Under the pieces are notes generated by a model, which was given only the letters and a program-made list of their open reading frames with translations, made no database searches and was not told the origin of the DNA. Positions 17,336 through 27,265 of a DNA stretch of 64,000 bases are shown here, in pieces. Made by a program: the position numbers and the translations under genes. This DNA is from Candidatus Limnocylindrales bacterium. GTDB taxonomy: Bacteria; Moduliflexota; Moduliflexia; Moduliflexales; JAUQPW01. The first letter of the stretch is position 1; the number at the start of each line of letters is the position of its first letter. Location of the stretch: contig DATMBG010000042.1 in NCBI GenBank assembly GCA_035559535.1, forward strand, positions 62,001 through 126,000. The letters run 5' to 3'.

Positions 17336-19003
17336 CTAGGATCCCATTTTCAGACGCTTCAGGGACATAATCAAGGACTTGACATCGGAGGTTAATCGGG
17401 TCAGCGTCTCTTCTTGAAGGGTAAAATTCGGCCGGTAAACCTTCTCTAACTCCCTATAGATTGTTTTAAGGAGGTCACGTTCCTTTTCATCTAACCGACT
17501 GCCACAGTTTTCCATCACTTCGCCAAGTCCTGGGTGGGGGCTTAACTCACCGGGAAAGAGGTTTTTCAATGCCAGGGAGAGGGCCTCATAGACCTTTTCA
17601 TAACTTTCGAGGGAAGGATGTTGCTGGGCTTCATTTAAAAGCTGCATACAGACCTCTTGCCAGGGTTTTTCAAGGGGTCCGCGAGGAATCTGTCGATTCC
17701 TCTGTTGCAAGAGGGTTCTCCCCCTTACCAGGCTGGCGATACCGAATAGACCTGCCAGGATAAACGAGGCATAGGAGAGTAAGACAGGTCTAAATGGGAG
17801 CTTGGCTATAAAGGGAATAGAATCCAGTCTGGAGGATGAGATAAAAGGAGCAGCGGGAAGGGGAGTAACCTGAATTTCAGGAACAGTCAGCAAAGTTGCC
17901 GGAGGAAATGAGGTTACAACTCCTGCAAGATGGGAAATTACAAAGAAGTTGGCAATATTGGTAGTAATCGTCTTTAACTCTCCATTCTCGGTAAAGTTAA
18001 TAGGAGGCCCAGAAATTACCCACTTTCCAACGGAATCGGTACCTGTAGCCTGTACTTCAAAAAGGCGCAACTTCCAGGTCAGGGTTACGATCTCTCCAGA
18101 TCCATTACGAACTCTGTTGACCTCGGGTTCTGGAGAAACCTCAAAATATCTGGCCTTACCTCCACTGACAGGTTTAGGAATAAACTCTGCACTTCCCAAA
18201 GGGGAAATCAGTTTAGGATCTATCTGAATCCGCTCTGGAGCAAAATTTTGAATGATCAAAGAAACCGTCCTGACCTCATCTAACTGCCCGGTTTCGGGAG
18301 TGACCTTAAGTTCCGCAATAACTGGGGGGTGAAGATAATGAAATCTGGGATAGGCACGACGTACCCATGAGTCGGTGGCGGCAAGATTTACAAGGCGTAA
18401 AAGCGTTAAGGGGGGTTTAATTTCCGAAAAAGAAATGTGAAAGGTACTGTTCTCGGATACGGTTACGGCTCCAACTGTAAAGTCACCATATTTTTTCAAC
18501 TCTTGAAGGATATGCTCCTGTAAATCCTGGACTGAAAAGAATTCCTTGGGTTCGATCACCATCCCCGTCATTTCTGCTGCAATCCCATGGACCAGGTAGA
18601 CGAACTCAGCACGGGCAACCTCAGAGGTGTTGATAAGATTTACAGCCTCTACGATCTTTGCCGGAGGAATCGTTTCCTCAAACTGGACAAACCATCGATT
18701 CGTCGGCATATTCCAGTTCATTTCCGGTTTATATTCACGAAGAGGAAACCCTGAAAGGGTTTTTGAGAGAAATTCCTCTTGTTTTTCCGGTAGTGCGTAA
18801 GAGAGTGTAAATTGAACAATGATTCTCGGTGCAAGCTCTAATGGCTCCCGCACGTTAACATCCTCGGTGTACGAATACATCTCCCCTAAACTGATGGCAG
18901 GATAAGCCTGACATTCCAGCCCGGCAAGCATCCAGAATGTAAACAAACTCAGCAGGCTAAGACCCATGGTGAAAAGAAGAAGGACTTGCTTTGGCATTCT
19001 CAT
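17336..19003 (-). CDS. Exported single-pass membrane protein (MxaA/BatD-like architecture)
   Basis: Signal peptide, large beta-rich region, TM (VLLSYASFILAGLFGIASLV), helical tail; GAGGAG RBS; first gene of the vWA cluster. Confidence 0.6.
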   Translation of the reverse strand: MRMPKQVLLLFTMGLSLLSLFTFWMLAGLECQAYPAISLGEMYSYTEDVNVREPLELAPRIIVQFTLSYALPEKQEEFLSKTLSGFPLREYKPEMNWNMPTNRWFVQFEETIPPAKIVEAVNLINTSEVARAEFVYLVHGIAAEMTGMVIEPKEFFSVQDLQEHILQELKKYGDFTVGAVTVSENSTFHISFSEIKPPLTLLRLVNLAATDSWVRRAYPRFHYLHPPVIAELKVTPETGQLDEVRTVSLIIQNFAPERIQIDPKLISPLGSAEFIPKPVSGGKARYFEVSPEPEVNRVRNGSGEIVTLTWKLRLFEVQATGTDSVGKWVISGPPINFTENGELKTITTNIANFFVISHLAGVVTSFPPATLLTVPEIQVTPLPAAPFISSSRLDSIPFIAKLPFRPVLLSYASFILAGLFGIASLVRGRTLLQQRNRQIPRGPLEKPWQEVCMQLLNEAQQHPSLESYEKVYEALSLALKNLFPGELSPHPGLGEVMENCGSRLDEKERDLLKTIYRELEKVYRPNFTLQEETLTRLTSDVKSLIMSLKRLKMGS

Positions 19004-19722
19004 GATGATATCTCCTCATGGGATTTTTGACCCTTCTGAGAGAGAGAATTATTTTTAAATCTACTCTCTTCTACGTTGGTGTCAAGGGTCTGACAGAATT
19101 TAATCTTATCCCTATTCAAGGACCTGGATTGGACTTTCTCCTTGACCTTCACCCCTATAGAATTTATCCTCTCAGAAAAAGAGATTAAAAGCAAGAGATT
19201 TCTTAAAATTTGTAACTGTAACAATTTAGTAGGTGTCACTTTTTCTGTCTGAACACCCCCCTGGCCCCCTCCAGGAGGGACTGATATGGGGTTGCTACTG
19301 CTGAAGTCCCCCCCTAGGAGGACCAGGGGAGTGTTTCTTTTTCCATCGGATTTGATCCTTCCGCTTTTGATAAGTTTATGAATCGCCATACGAGTTACAT
19401 CCTGCAGATCCACCGCTTCTGTGACCTTCCTCAAATCGTCTTGAGATTCCATGAAAAAACGATCTACACCTATAAAGTAGATCAGTCAAGGAAATTTTTC
19501 ACAAAAGCGCAAGAACGGGGTTGTAGGGGCATCTTCACACCTGCGTAATTTTTTTATTGACGACGCCAGATAAAGGTGTAAAACTCCCTCCTGAATTTTT
19601 ACCACATATCCTCAGGCGGGTTTAAAACCCGTTCCTACGTTGGACTCAACCTAGACGTTTCTCTGACTCCGAACCCGCGACGGAAAGGACGTCGGGGGAG
19701 TCAGTGATACAGGGAGGATCAC

Positions 19723-20436
19723 ATGACCGGCCAGATTCGGATTCCGGCCAAGGAACTGGGAGAGCTGACCCTGCCGGATTTCTGCCCCTGCTGCTTCTGG
19801 ATTAAGCTCCATCTGCCGGAAGGACTACCTTTTCAGATCTTCCCCGGAATTTTTAACTCCATCGATGCCTACACCAAACGCCTCATCCAGAAATGGTTCG
19901 ACCAGTATGGAAGACCTCCTTCCTGGCTGTCCGATCTGGGAGATATCCACACATATCGGGAACCCCCCCATCATTCAAAGTTTCAGGTTTTTGATCCAGA
20001 CACTTCCATACTGCTTACCGGAACCCCCGACGCCGTGTTTGTTCAGGCCGATGGATCCTATCTGATTGCAGACTACAAAACGGCCCGGTTTACTGGTACC
20101 CAGGATAAACTCTCTTCCAAATACGAGGTACAGCTTAACGCCTATGCCTACATCGGGGAACACTGCGGGCTTTCTCCGGTTTCAGGTCTGGCATTGATTT
20201 ACCTGGAACCGGTGATCGACGTTAAGGGGGTAGACGAAGAGGATCCTGTAACGCCGGAGGGTTTTATTCTGGAGTTTTCGGCAAAGATTCTCCCGGTTCG
20301 GCTGGACTTCCAGAAGATTCCCCTGTTGGTCCGCAAAGTACGGGAGATTTATGATCAGGATCGCCCTCCCCGTGGGGTAGATGGATGTAAGAATTGTGAG
20401 TTACTCCGGCACCTGATGACCGTTGCTACAGCCTGA
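19723..20436 (+). CDS. PD-(D/E)XK nuclease, RecB/Cas4-like, stand-alone
   Basis: CPCC at N-terminus, GTPD, DYKT, QLNAY, CKNC; GGGAGG RBS. Confidence 0.85.
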   Translation: MTGQIRIPAKELGELTLPDFCPCCFWIKLHLPEGLPFQIFPGIFNSIDAYTKRLIQKWFDQYGRPPSWLSDLGDIHTYREPPHHSKFQVFDPDTSILLTGTPDAVFVQADGSYLIADYKTARFTGTQDKLSSKYEVQLNAYAYIGEHCGLSPVSGLALIYLEPVIDVKGVDEEDPVTPEGFILEFSAKILPVRLDFQKIPLLVRKVREIYDQDRPPRGVDGCKNCELLRHLMTVATA

Positions 20437-21109
20437 TAGGTAGCAGGTTCAGAGATTTTTTAGAAAGATGGGCCATGGGGTGCTTATGTTAAGCGTGGTC
20501 AGAGTCCTTATGGGGTTTGGGACATATCAGGAAAGGTAAGGGGGGGTGTGAAGAGTGTTTCCTTAAATTTCCTGCCAAAGTTTATATCCACAGATAAATA
20601 CCTGTTAATAATTTCCGGGCAAGGGTAACCGGCCGGTTACCCTTATTCAGTAAAATCTTCCAGATCACTTATTTTATCTCAAAAGACCGCATTTCGAAAC
20701 ATCTACGGTAGTACTTACAGAAGAATTGGTCGTTTTGTCGGTTGCTGTTATCTTAACCGGGGTCCTGGCGTATACATCGCAAGTGACCGGTGCCCCTATA
20801 AAGGTAAAGGTGCGGATGGACTTGAAGTCTCCCTCTTATAGAGACCGACTCTCCCTCACCCCCTTCCCCCTCTCCTGAAGCTTCAGGAAAGGGGGTGAGG
20901 TGGGGAAGGGGGGGGGAAGGCAGACGGTCGCGCTCTCAGCTGAGCCTTATCCGGGCGTGTAGGGAGGCAAGGGAGGAACCGTATTGTTTAGGATAGACTT
21001 CAATTTGAAAGCGGTATCCTTTGGAGGGAACTTCCGCAGATAAAAAGCTTCAAATTCCCTGTCGGTTGGGTTATCAAAGCTTCCTCAGAGAATATATACT
21101 TCCCCCGGC

Positions 21110-21217
21110 CCTCCATAACCCTTTGAGGATGGCATTTTTCGTGGATCCAATCCGGGCCTTCCTGATCAATCAATTGGAAAGCCTTCATAACCCTTTGAGA
21201 ATGGTATTTTTCGTGGA
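21110..21217. repeat. Two 36-bp imperfect direct repeats, period 72 bp
   Basis: cctccataaccctttgaggatggcatttttcgtgga (21110-21145) versus ccttcataaccctttgagaatggtatttttcgtgga (21182-21217); 3 mismatches. Confidence 0.8.
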
Positions 21218-21228
21218 CTGTAGCCTTA

Positions 21229-22359
21229 TTATTTAGACTCTTCTACCGTTCGCAGATGGTGGGTTCCACCCCGTCGAACCTGGATGAGTTCGGCGACAAT
21301 ACTCACGGCAATTTCCCCCGGATTATCGGCCCCAATATCAAGGCCAATGGGCGCATGAACTCGATCCAGTAACTCCCTGGGGATCCCTTTTCCTTGAAGT
21401 TTGTCCCACATGAGTTTAATTTTTCTTTTACTTCCGATCATTCCAATATATTTGGCCTGACTCCATACCACCTGTTCCATAATCTTTTCATCGTGCTGAT
21501 GCCCTCGGGTTACAGCAACGATGTAGGAAGATTCATTAAATCCTGGGGTCAATTTTTTAGCTACCGTAGTAAAATCATCGATGATAATCTCATCCGCTTC
21601 CGGGAATCGCTCCTTGTTTCCAAACAGGGGGCGATCTTCTATAACGATCAACTTAAAACCGGCTATTTTGGCTACCTTGGCTATCTCCAGGGAAACATGC
21701 CCACCTCCGAACAAATATAAAACCGGCTGGGCCAGTAAGGACTCGATGAAAACCCTGAGGACGGTACCTGGGGTTGTATTGAGTTTTTTGGCTTCTTCCT
21801 CGGTTAATGTGAAGTTCATGATCTTGAGGATATCCTGACCGAGTATCTTTTGAGCTTCGACCCGTACTTCTTCTTCAATACGACCCCCTCCGAGGGTTCC
21901 AACGGTGGAACCATCTTTTCGGATGAGCATCTTGGAATGCTCTTTAACCAGGTCGTAGGTGGTATCGGAAATAATCGTTGCCAGGGCAACCGATTGATTC
22001 TCATCTCGAAGCCGTACAATCTCCTCAAAAACCTCATCCATCCGCCCCGGTACGATGGGTTCTGTGAAAAAGTCTACGGTACCTCCACAGTTCAACCCGC
22101 TTTCCCCGGCATGTTTTTCAGTTAAAATAAACCGGGAAACTTTGGAAATATCCTGCTTCATGACCTCTTTAGCTTCTGCCCAAACATCTGCCTCCATACA
22201 TCCTCCACCCACCGTCCCTATGATGGTTCCATCCTGTAAAACCAGCATCTTAGATCGGGGACTCATGGGAAGAGAACCCTTGCTATTGATAATGGTAGAA
22301 AGCGCTGCCCGCTCCCCTCTGGCTTTAGCCCTTAAAATTTCCCTGAATACATCTTTCAT
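21229..22359 (-). CDS. xdhC: XdhC/CoxI family molybdoenzyme maturation factor
   Basis: Two GTVGGGC/GTLGGG modules, CGG, LFGGGHVS, TRGHQHD, YIGMIGS, APIGLDIGA. Confidence 0.93.
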   Translation of the reverse strand: MKDVFREILRAKARGERAALSTIINSKGSLPMSPRSKMLVLQDGTIIGTVGGGCMEADVWAEAKEVMKQDISKVSRFILTEKHAGESGLNCGGTVDFFTEPIVPGRMDEVFEEIVRLRDENQSVALATIISDTTYDLVKEHSKMLIRKDGSTVGTLGGGRIEEEVRVEAQKILGQDILKIMNFTLTEEEAKKLNTTPGTVLRVFIESLLAQPVLYLFGGGHVSLEIAKVAKIAGFKLIVIEDRPLFGNKERFPEADEIIIDDFTTVAKKLTPGFNESSYIVAVTRGHQHDEKIMEQVVWSQAKYIGMIGSKRKIKLMWDKLQGKGIPRELLDRVHAPIGLDIGADNPGEIAVSIVAELIQVRRGGTHHLRTVEESK

Positions 22360-22543
22360 AATTTACCTCTCTTGACGGGTTGTAAGGAAAAAAAGGTAAC
22401 CCCCCTCCTTTACCCTCCCCGTGGACGGGGAGAGAAGAGGGTTAGTTCTTTCTCTATTTTTAGAGAATAGGCTCTTCCCAGGGAGGTGTCAAGCATTTTT
22501 CCAATTCCAGGTGGACCTCCCAGGGATAAAAAATTCCCTGAGA

Positions 22544-23752
22544 CTATTCCAGACCATCGCCCTTTTTCTGAAGTATAGTGTAACTAATCTCATTATAAAT
22601 TTCCTTGAGGGATTTTTCTTTATGGACTTCGGCAATCTTTTTACAGTCCTCGTACTCCGGGGTTGCACTAATGATACGGCCATTCCAGCGTGCTACCTTA
22701 ACCTTTACTTTCCCGTAGGGGGTATTCCAGTCGACCAACTCCCGCTCTGCCTTCATACGCTCCATTTCCTGCCAACGAATCCCCAGAGTTGTGGTTTCTC
22801 GAAGGATGAGGGTAGAGATTTCCGGCAGGAGCGATGGAGTACAGATAACGGTTAATAAAGTCCCGGGTCGGCTCTTCTTCATGAGAACCGGAGTCAGATA
22901 AACATCCAGAGCTCCTGCTTTAAAGAGTTGGTCCATGACATACTCGTAAAACTGGGGATTCATATCGTCGATGTTCGTTTCAATAACGACCACCCGTTCC
23001 TGACTCCTTTCCTCCGGTCCCTCAGGAACTTTCTGCTCTTGCAATTCTCCTATACAAAGCCTTAGCACATTGGGAATCGGAAAATCCTTTGTCCCTGCCC
23101 CATATCCAATAGCTTGAAGGGTCATGGCTGGCGGATTTCCGAATTCCGAACCCAGGGTAGTTAAGATGGCTGCTCCGGTAGGCGTAACCAGTTCTCCCTC
23201 TATATCTGAAAAGAAAACCGGTTTACCTTTAAGTAAAGCCAGCGTAGCCGGCGCTGGAAGCGGAATACGGCCATGGGCACAATCTACAAAACCTCTTCCC
23301 AAGGTGAAACGAGAAACATAAATTTTCTCTATTCCAAGCCTGTATAATCCACAAACCGCTCCGACGATATCCACCATAGAGTCCACGGCACCGATTTCAT
23401 GGAAGTGTACCTCTTCCACAGGCATTCGATGAATCTCGGCTTCTACCTGGGCAATACGCTGGAAAATTTGCCCGGCCCGATCCTTAAGAAAAGGCGCCAG
23501 GGTACTCCGGTTCAGAATCTCTAAAATATCGGATAAATGCCGGTGCTCTGGGTTTTCTTCGGCTTTTACTTCCACATGAGTTCCAGACAATCCCAGTTTC
23601 TGGACTTTCTTAACCGAAATTTGGTAACCGGAAAAAGGAAGCTTCTTGAGTTCTGCCTGAAGTTCTTCAAGAGGGAGACCTGCATCTAGAAGGGCTCCTA
23701 AAATCATGTTTCCACTGACTCCGGAAAAACAATCAAAATAGGCTATTTTCAT
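22544..23752 (-). CDS. larC: Nickel pincer cofactor biosynthesis protein LarC
   Basis: YFDCFSGVSGNMILGAL, VHFHEIGAVDS, CAHG..P.PAPAT, ELVTPTGAA, ETNIDD, PEYEDC. Confidence 0.95.
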   Translation of the reverse strand: MKIAYFDCFSGVSGNMILGALLDAGLPLEELQAELKKLPFSGYQISVKKVQKLGLSGTHVEVKAEENPEHRHLSDILEILNRSTLAPFLKDRAGQIFQRIAQVEAEIHRMPVEEVHFHEIGAVDSMVDIVGAVCGLYRLGIEKIYVSRFTLGRGFVDCAHGRIPLPAPATLALLKGKPVFFSDIEGELVTPTGAAILTTLGSEFGNPPAMTLQAIGYGAGTKDFPIPNVLRLCIGELQEQKVPEGPEERSQERVVVIETNIDDMNPQFYEYVMDQLFKAGALDVYLTPVLMKKSRPGTLLTVICTPSLLPEISTLILRETTTLGIRWQEMERMKAERELVDWNTPYGKVKVKVARWNGRIISATPEYEDCKKIAEVHKEKSLKEIYNEISYTILQKKGDGLE

Positions 23753-23800
23753 AAGTTTTCCCAATATAAGCAAATCTGTTGCGCACGGCGCCTCTATCCC

Positions 23801-24211
23801 TTATAGGTCATTTTTAATTCGGAGAAAGAATTCTTTATCCTTCGGGTGTGTCAATAAATCCGCTACCTTATCTTTTTCAACCCACCTTGCTTCGGGGTTT
23901 TCTGAATCCTGGGGATTTAAAACTTCCTGGTCGGTCCGAAATAAAAACATATGAATTGTTTTAAGTTCGGTCGGATCTTCATCACCATTCAAACCGATCT
24001 TATACCGCCGATAACTGCCCAGATCCTTCACCAATTTTAAATTACCAACCCCAGATTCTTCATAAATTTCCCGTTTAGCAGCCGTTAGGGCATCTTCACT
24101 GTCTTCAATATGGCCTTTAGGTAAAGACCAGGAAGTTCCGTTCTGATTAACCACCAGGACCTGTCCCTTTGGGTTAATAACCACGCCACCGGCGCTCTGG
24201 GTTTGTTTCAT
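23801..24211 (-). CDS. Nudix hydrolase
   Basis: SAGGVV and Nudix box PKGHIEDSEDALTAAKREIYEESG. Confidence 0.92.
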   Translation of the reverse strand: MKQTQSAGGVVINPKGQVLVVNQNGTSWSLPKGHIEDSEDALTAAKREIYEESGVGNLKLVKDLGSYRRYKIGLNGDEDPTELKTIHMFLFRTDQEVLNPQDSENPEARWVEKDKVADLLTHPKDKEFFLRIKNDL

Positions 24212-24246
24212 AGTCTGACTTTCGGTAAGCACTTTAAAAGCGAAAG

Positions 24247-25356
24247 TTATTTCCTATCCATCGGGGTTATCCAGTCATTCTCCTTGAAGATTTCCTGGAG
24301 TTTTCGTTCATCTTCGGGAGAAGGTAAAACCTTTTGAAGATAAAGGGTATAATCTGCCTCGTTTAAAGGTTCTCCTTTAACAGTGTAAGTTTTCCCGGCG
24401 TAACCTCCAATTCTTCGGTTAAACTTCATATCTGGTACATAAAGTTTAGGTTTATCTTCAGGGATGAGTTTGTTGAGGTTATCGACGAGCCAGCTAATTT
24501 CCTTATGGAAAAGAGCCCGGGCCGCTTCATTGAGGTTATTCTTATCGGCGGGTTCTTTGGTTTCTCCTTCGTTGTATCGGGCTTTCAATCCAGATACATA
24601 GGCCCAGTGGGCTGAAGAAGAATGATCGGTGCCAAAAAGGTCATAAGCTGTTGGGATCCATTTGTTGAAATATTTTTGAATGATTTCTACCGGGATTTTA
24701 CCCGCCATGAGAATTCTTCGCAACCCGGTATGGCCGGTTCCCAGGTGGTAGGATTCTTCTTTGAGCATGGCTTTGGTGCTCCGACCTAAGGGAGCGAATC
24801 CACAACGACTCAACATCTGGAGTTGAAACTTTCCGTCTCGATCGATAAATTCGGTATAGACAAAGAAATCCAGCCAGTTATTGACCTCTTCGTTAAAAGA
24901 ACCCAGGAGGCGATTCCGTTTAAAGGCCCGCCGTTCCAAAAGTTTTCTGGCTTCCAATTTTCCTGAATCACCGAAATAGTTCACCAACAGATACGACATC
25001 TGGTACCCGTGGCGCATTTCTTCGGTCATGACCCGCAGGAGGCTCTGAAGATCTTCGTCGCTGGGTGCAGTCTGAACCAGATGCCGCTGCTGTTCTACCG
25101 AGGCAAACTCGGTATCTCCTTGATAGACAATGAGGGTTAGAAGGGCATCCCGAACTTGCTGATTGGGGATCTGAAGGACGGTCTCCCATTTCCGCTGTCC
25201 TGCAAAGTCTCCGAATTCAATCTCTGGAGAGTCAACTTCTACAAATTTGGTCTCAAATTTGTAATCTCCGATAAGCTTTGAATCGAACCCGATATCGTTT
25301 CGCCATTGGGCGAACATATCGATCCAATCATCGAAGGTAGAGATTTTTTTTATCAT
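24247..25356 (-). CDS. BoxB-like di-iron aromatic-CoA epoxidase subunit (PaaA/BoxB family)
   Basis: QGDTEFASVEQQR, EEMRH, DRDGKFQL, EESYH, DLFG; shorter than canonical BoxB. Confidence 0.8.
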   Translation of the reverse strand: MIKKISTFDDWIDMFAQWRNDIGFDSKLIGDYKFETKFVEVDSPEIEFGDFAGQRKWETVLQIPNQQVRDALLTLIVYQGDTEFASVEQQRHLVQTAPSDEDLQSLLRVMTEEMRHGYQMSYLLVNYFGDSGKLEARKLLERRAFKRNRLLGSFNEEVNNWLDFFVYTEFIDRDGKFQLQMLSRCGFAPLGRSTKAMLKEESYHLGTGHTGLRRILMAGKIPVEIIQKYFNKWIPTAYDLFGTDHSSSAHWAYVSGLKARYNEGETKEPADKNNLNEAARALFHKEISWLVDNLNKLIPEDKPKLYVPDMKFNRRIGGYAGKTYTVKGEPLNEADYTLYLQKVLPSPEDERKLQEIFKENDWITPMDRK

Positions 25357-25467
25357 TTTTCTCCGGTTCGTTGTCCGTTGTTCCCTTTTTTCTCAAAAAT
25401 CGGTTAAAACCAACCTTCCAACACTTTTATACCCTGAAAGTAGGGTAAAAAAACAACGGACAAAAAC

Positions 25468-26256
25468 TTATTTCCCTTGAAATTTGGGTATCCGTTTTTC
25501 TACATAGGCACTCAATCCTTCCTTAGCATCTTCGGATTGGAAAAGTTGTTGTTGGAGTTCACGCTCCAGAGCCAGGGCTTCGGCAAAGGAAATTTCCAAA
25601 CCGGATTGAACAGCCCGTTTAATGCGGCCTACTGCTTTACTGGCTTTGTTGGGGGGAACAAACTGTTGGGCATATTCCAGGACCTGCTTGAAGAAGTCTC
25701 CTTCTTCGAAAATATAATTAATCAAGCCCATTTCCAGGGCCTCCTCAAAGGAAAAGGTCCGACCTGTTACCATCAACTCTATGGCCCGTGATTTACCGAT
25801 TAAACGAGCTAATCTTTGAGTTCCTCCGGTTCCGGGCAAAACTCCCAGGTTGATCTCCGGTAATCCGATTTTACCTCCGTCTTTCTTGGCGATCCGAATA
25901 TCACAGGCCATGGCCACTTCAAGACCACCTCCAACGGTATGGCCATTCAGGGCAGCGATGACCAGTTTCGGTGTATGCTCGAGCCGATTCAATGTTTCAT
26001 TGGCATGAAGACAGAAATTGTACTTAAATTGAGGCGATACCTCTGAAAGCATCTTAATATTTGCCCCGGCCGAGAAGAACTTTTCCCCTGCCCCACGGAT
26101 TACCAGAACGTAAACCTGGTCATCAAATCGTGCGGCTAAAATGGCATCATCCAATTGCCGCATCATTTCATAGCTGTAAGTATTTGCCGGAGGATCGTTT
26201 AGCTCAATAATGGCTATCCCGTTCTCAACCCGATAATCAATCAATTTTTTTTCCAT
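25468..26256 (-). CDS. Enoyl-CoA hydratase/isomerase
   Basis: FSAGANI, GGGLE, PEINLGVLPGTGGTQRL; both catalytic Glu present. Confidence 0.93.
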   Translation of the reverse strand: MEKKLIDYRVENGIAIIELNDPPANTYSYEMMRQLDDAILAARFDDQVYVLVIRGAGEKFFSAGANIKMLSEVSPQFKYNFCLHANETLNRLEHTPKLVIAALNGHTVGGGLEVAMACDIRIAKKDGGKIGLPEINLGVLPGTGGTQRLARLIGKSRAIELMVTGRTFSFEEALEMGLINYIFEEGDFFKQVLEYAQQFVPPNKASKAVGRIKRAVQSGLEISFAEALALERELQQQLFQSEDAKEGLSAYVEKRIPKFQGK

Positions 26257-26341
26257 AAATTAGAAAACAAGAATCAGAAATCAGCATGTAGAGTAGCCCA
26301 GGGGTCTCCGACATCTGACTTCTAACCCTTATTTGCAAAGG

Positions 26342-27112
26342 TTATTGGTTCTTCCATATGGGTCGTCGTTTTTCCAGGAAGGCTTTTAATCCTTCTTCGG
26401 CGTCGTGGGTTTTCATCAGAGTATTCAGGTAGAGACCTTCAATGGAAGGTAAAGTTTCTTTCCAGGGAGATATGGCTCCGCACACAAGCGCCCGTTTAGC
26501 CAGTTTTAACCCCACAGCACTTTTATCGATTAAACGATTGATAAGATCCGTGGTTGCCTTTTCCAACTCCTCAAAGGGTACCACCTGGTTGATCAGACCT
26601 AATTCTCTGGCTTCATAGGCCGAGATAGGGTCTCCGGTCAGAAGTAGTTCGGAAGCTTTTTTATATCCTATTTGGTGGGGCAACAGAGCCGAAGCAACAG
26701 GAGCAAAGATCCCCAGTTTGATCTCTGGTTGTCCGAAAACAGCTTCTGAAGCAGCGATGGCCAGGTCACAACAGGCCACCAACTCACAACCACCTCCCAG
26801 GGCCATTCCGTTCACAACGGCCAACGTAACGGCCTCCACCTGACTAAGTGTCTCTACCACCCTATGAACCTTCTGGATCATGGCCTCAACTTTGTCGGGG
26901 AGGTGGTCCTTGATATCCACTCCTGCCGAAAAGGCTTTATTTCCACTTCCGGTTAAAATCAAAACCTTAAGTTGAGGGTTTCCCCGAGCCAGATCCAACG
27001 CGCTATGAAGCTCCTCCAGGGTCATTAAATCCAGAATATGAAGGGGTGGTCGATTCAAGACAATTCGGGCTACAGGAGGTTCTATTTCGAACTGGATACA
27101 CTTAAAATCCAT
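26342..27112 (-). CDS. Enoyl-CoA hydratase family protein resembling cyclohexa-1,5-dienecarbonyl-CoA hydratase (Dch/BamR)
   Basis: LNRPPLHILD, FSAGVDIKDH, GGGCE, GQPEIKLGIFAP, YLNTLM.THDAEEG. Confidence 0.8.
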   Translation of the reverse strand: MDFKCIQFEIEPPVARIVLNRPPLHILDLMTLEELHSALDLARGNPQLKVLILTGSGNKAFSAGVDIKDHLPDKVEAMIQKVHRVVETLSQVEAVTLAVVNGMALGGGCELVACCDLAIAASEAVFGQPEIKLGIFAPVASALLPHQIGYKKASELLLTGDPISAYEARELGLINQVVPFEELEKATTDLINRLIDKSAVGLKLAKRALVCGAISPWKETLPSIEGLYLNTLMKTHDAEEGLKAFLEKRRPIWKNQ

Positions 27113-27265
27113 CTTTGACCTGAAGAACGGAAGAGCCAGAGAAGATAAGATTCTTTCCTTCCCCCCCTACTTCCATACTTCCACACTCCCATACTCCGTA
27201 TTTACTTCTTGTATGTCGTTATCAAATCCAAAAATCCGAAACTTCCATACTTCCATACTCCGTAT

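Noticed and set aside
13955-19003. Methanol dehydrogenase (mxa) locus
   Set aside because: No mxaF/xoxF, mxaJ, mxaG, mxaI, mxaR or mxaS in the window; the similarity is architectural only, so no gene symbols were assigned
19000-19452. 150-aa ORF upstream of the vWA cluster as the missing MoxR/DUF58
   Set aside because: No Walker or DUF58 motifs; it crosses a C-run/G-run repeat and AT-rich promoter-like DNA
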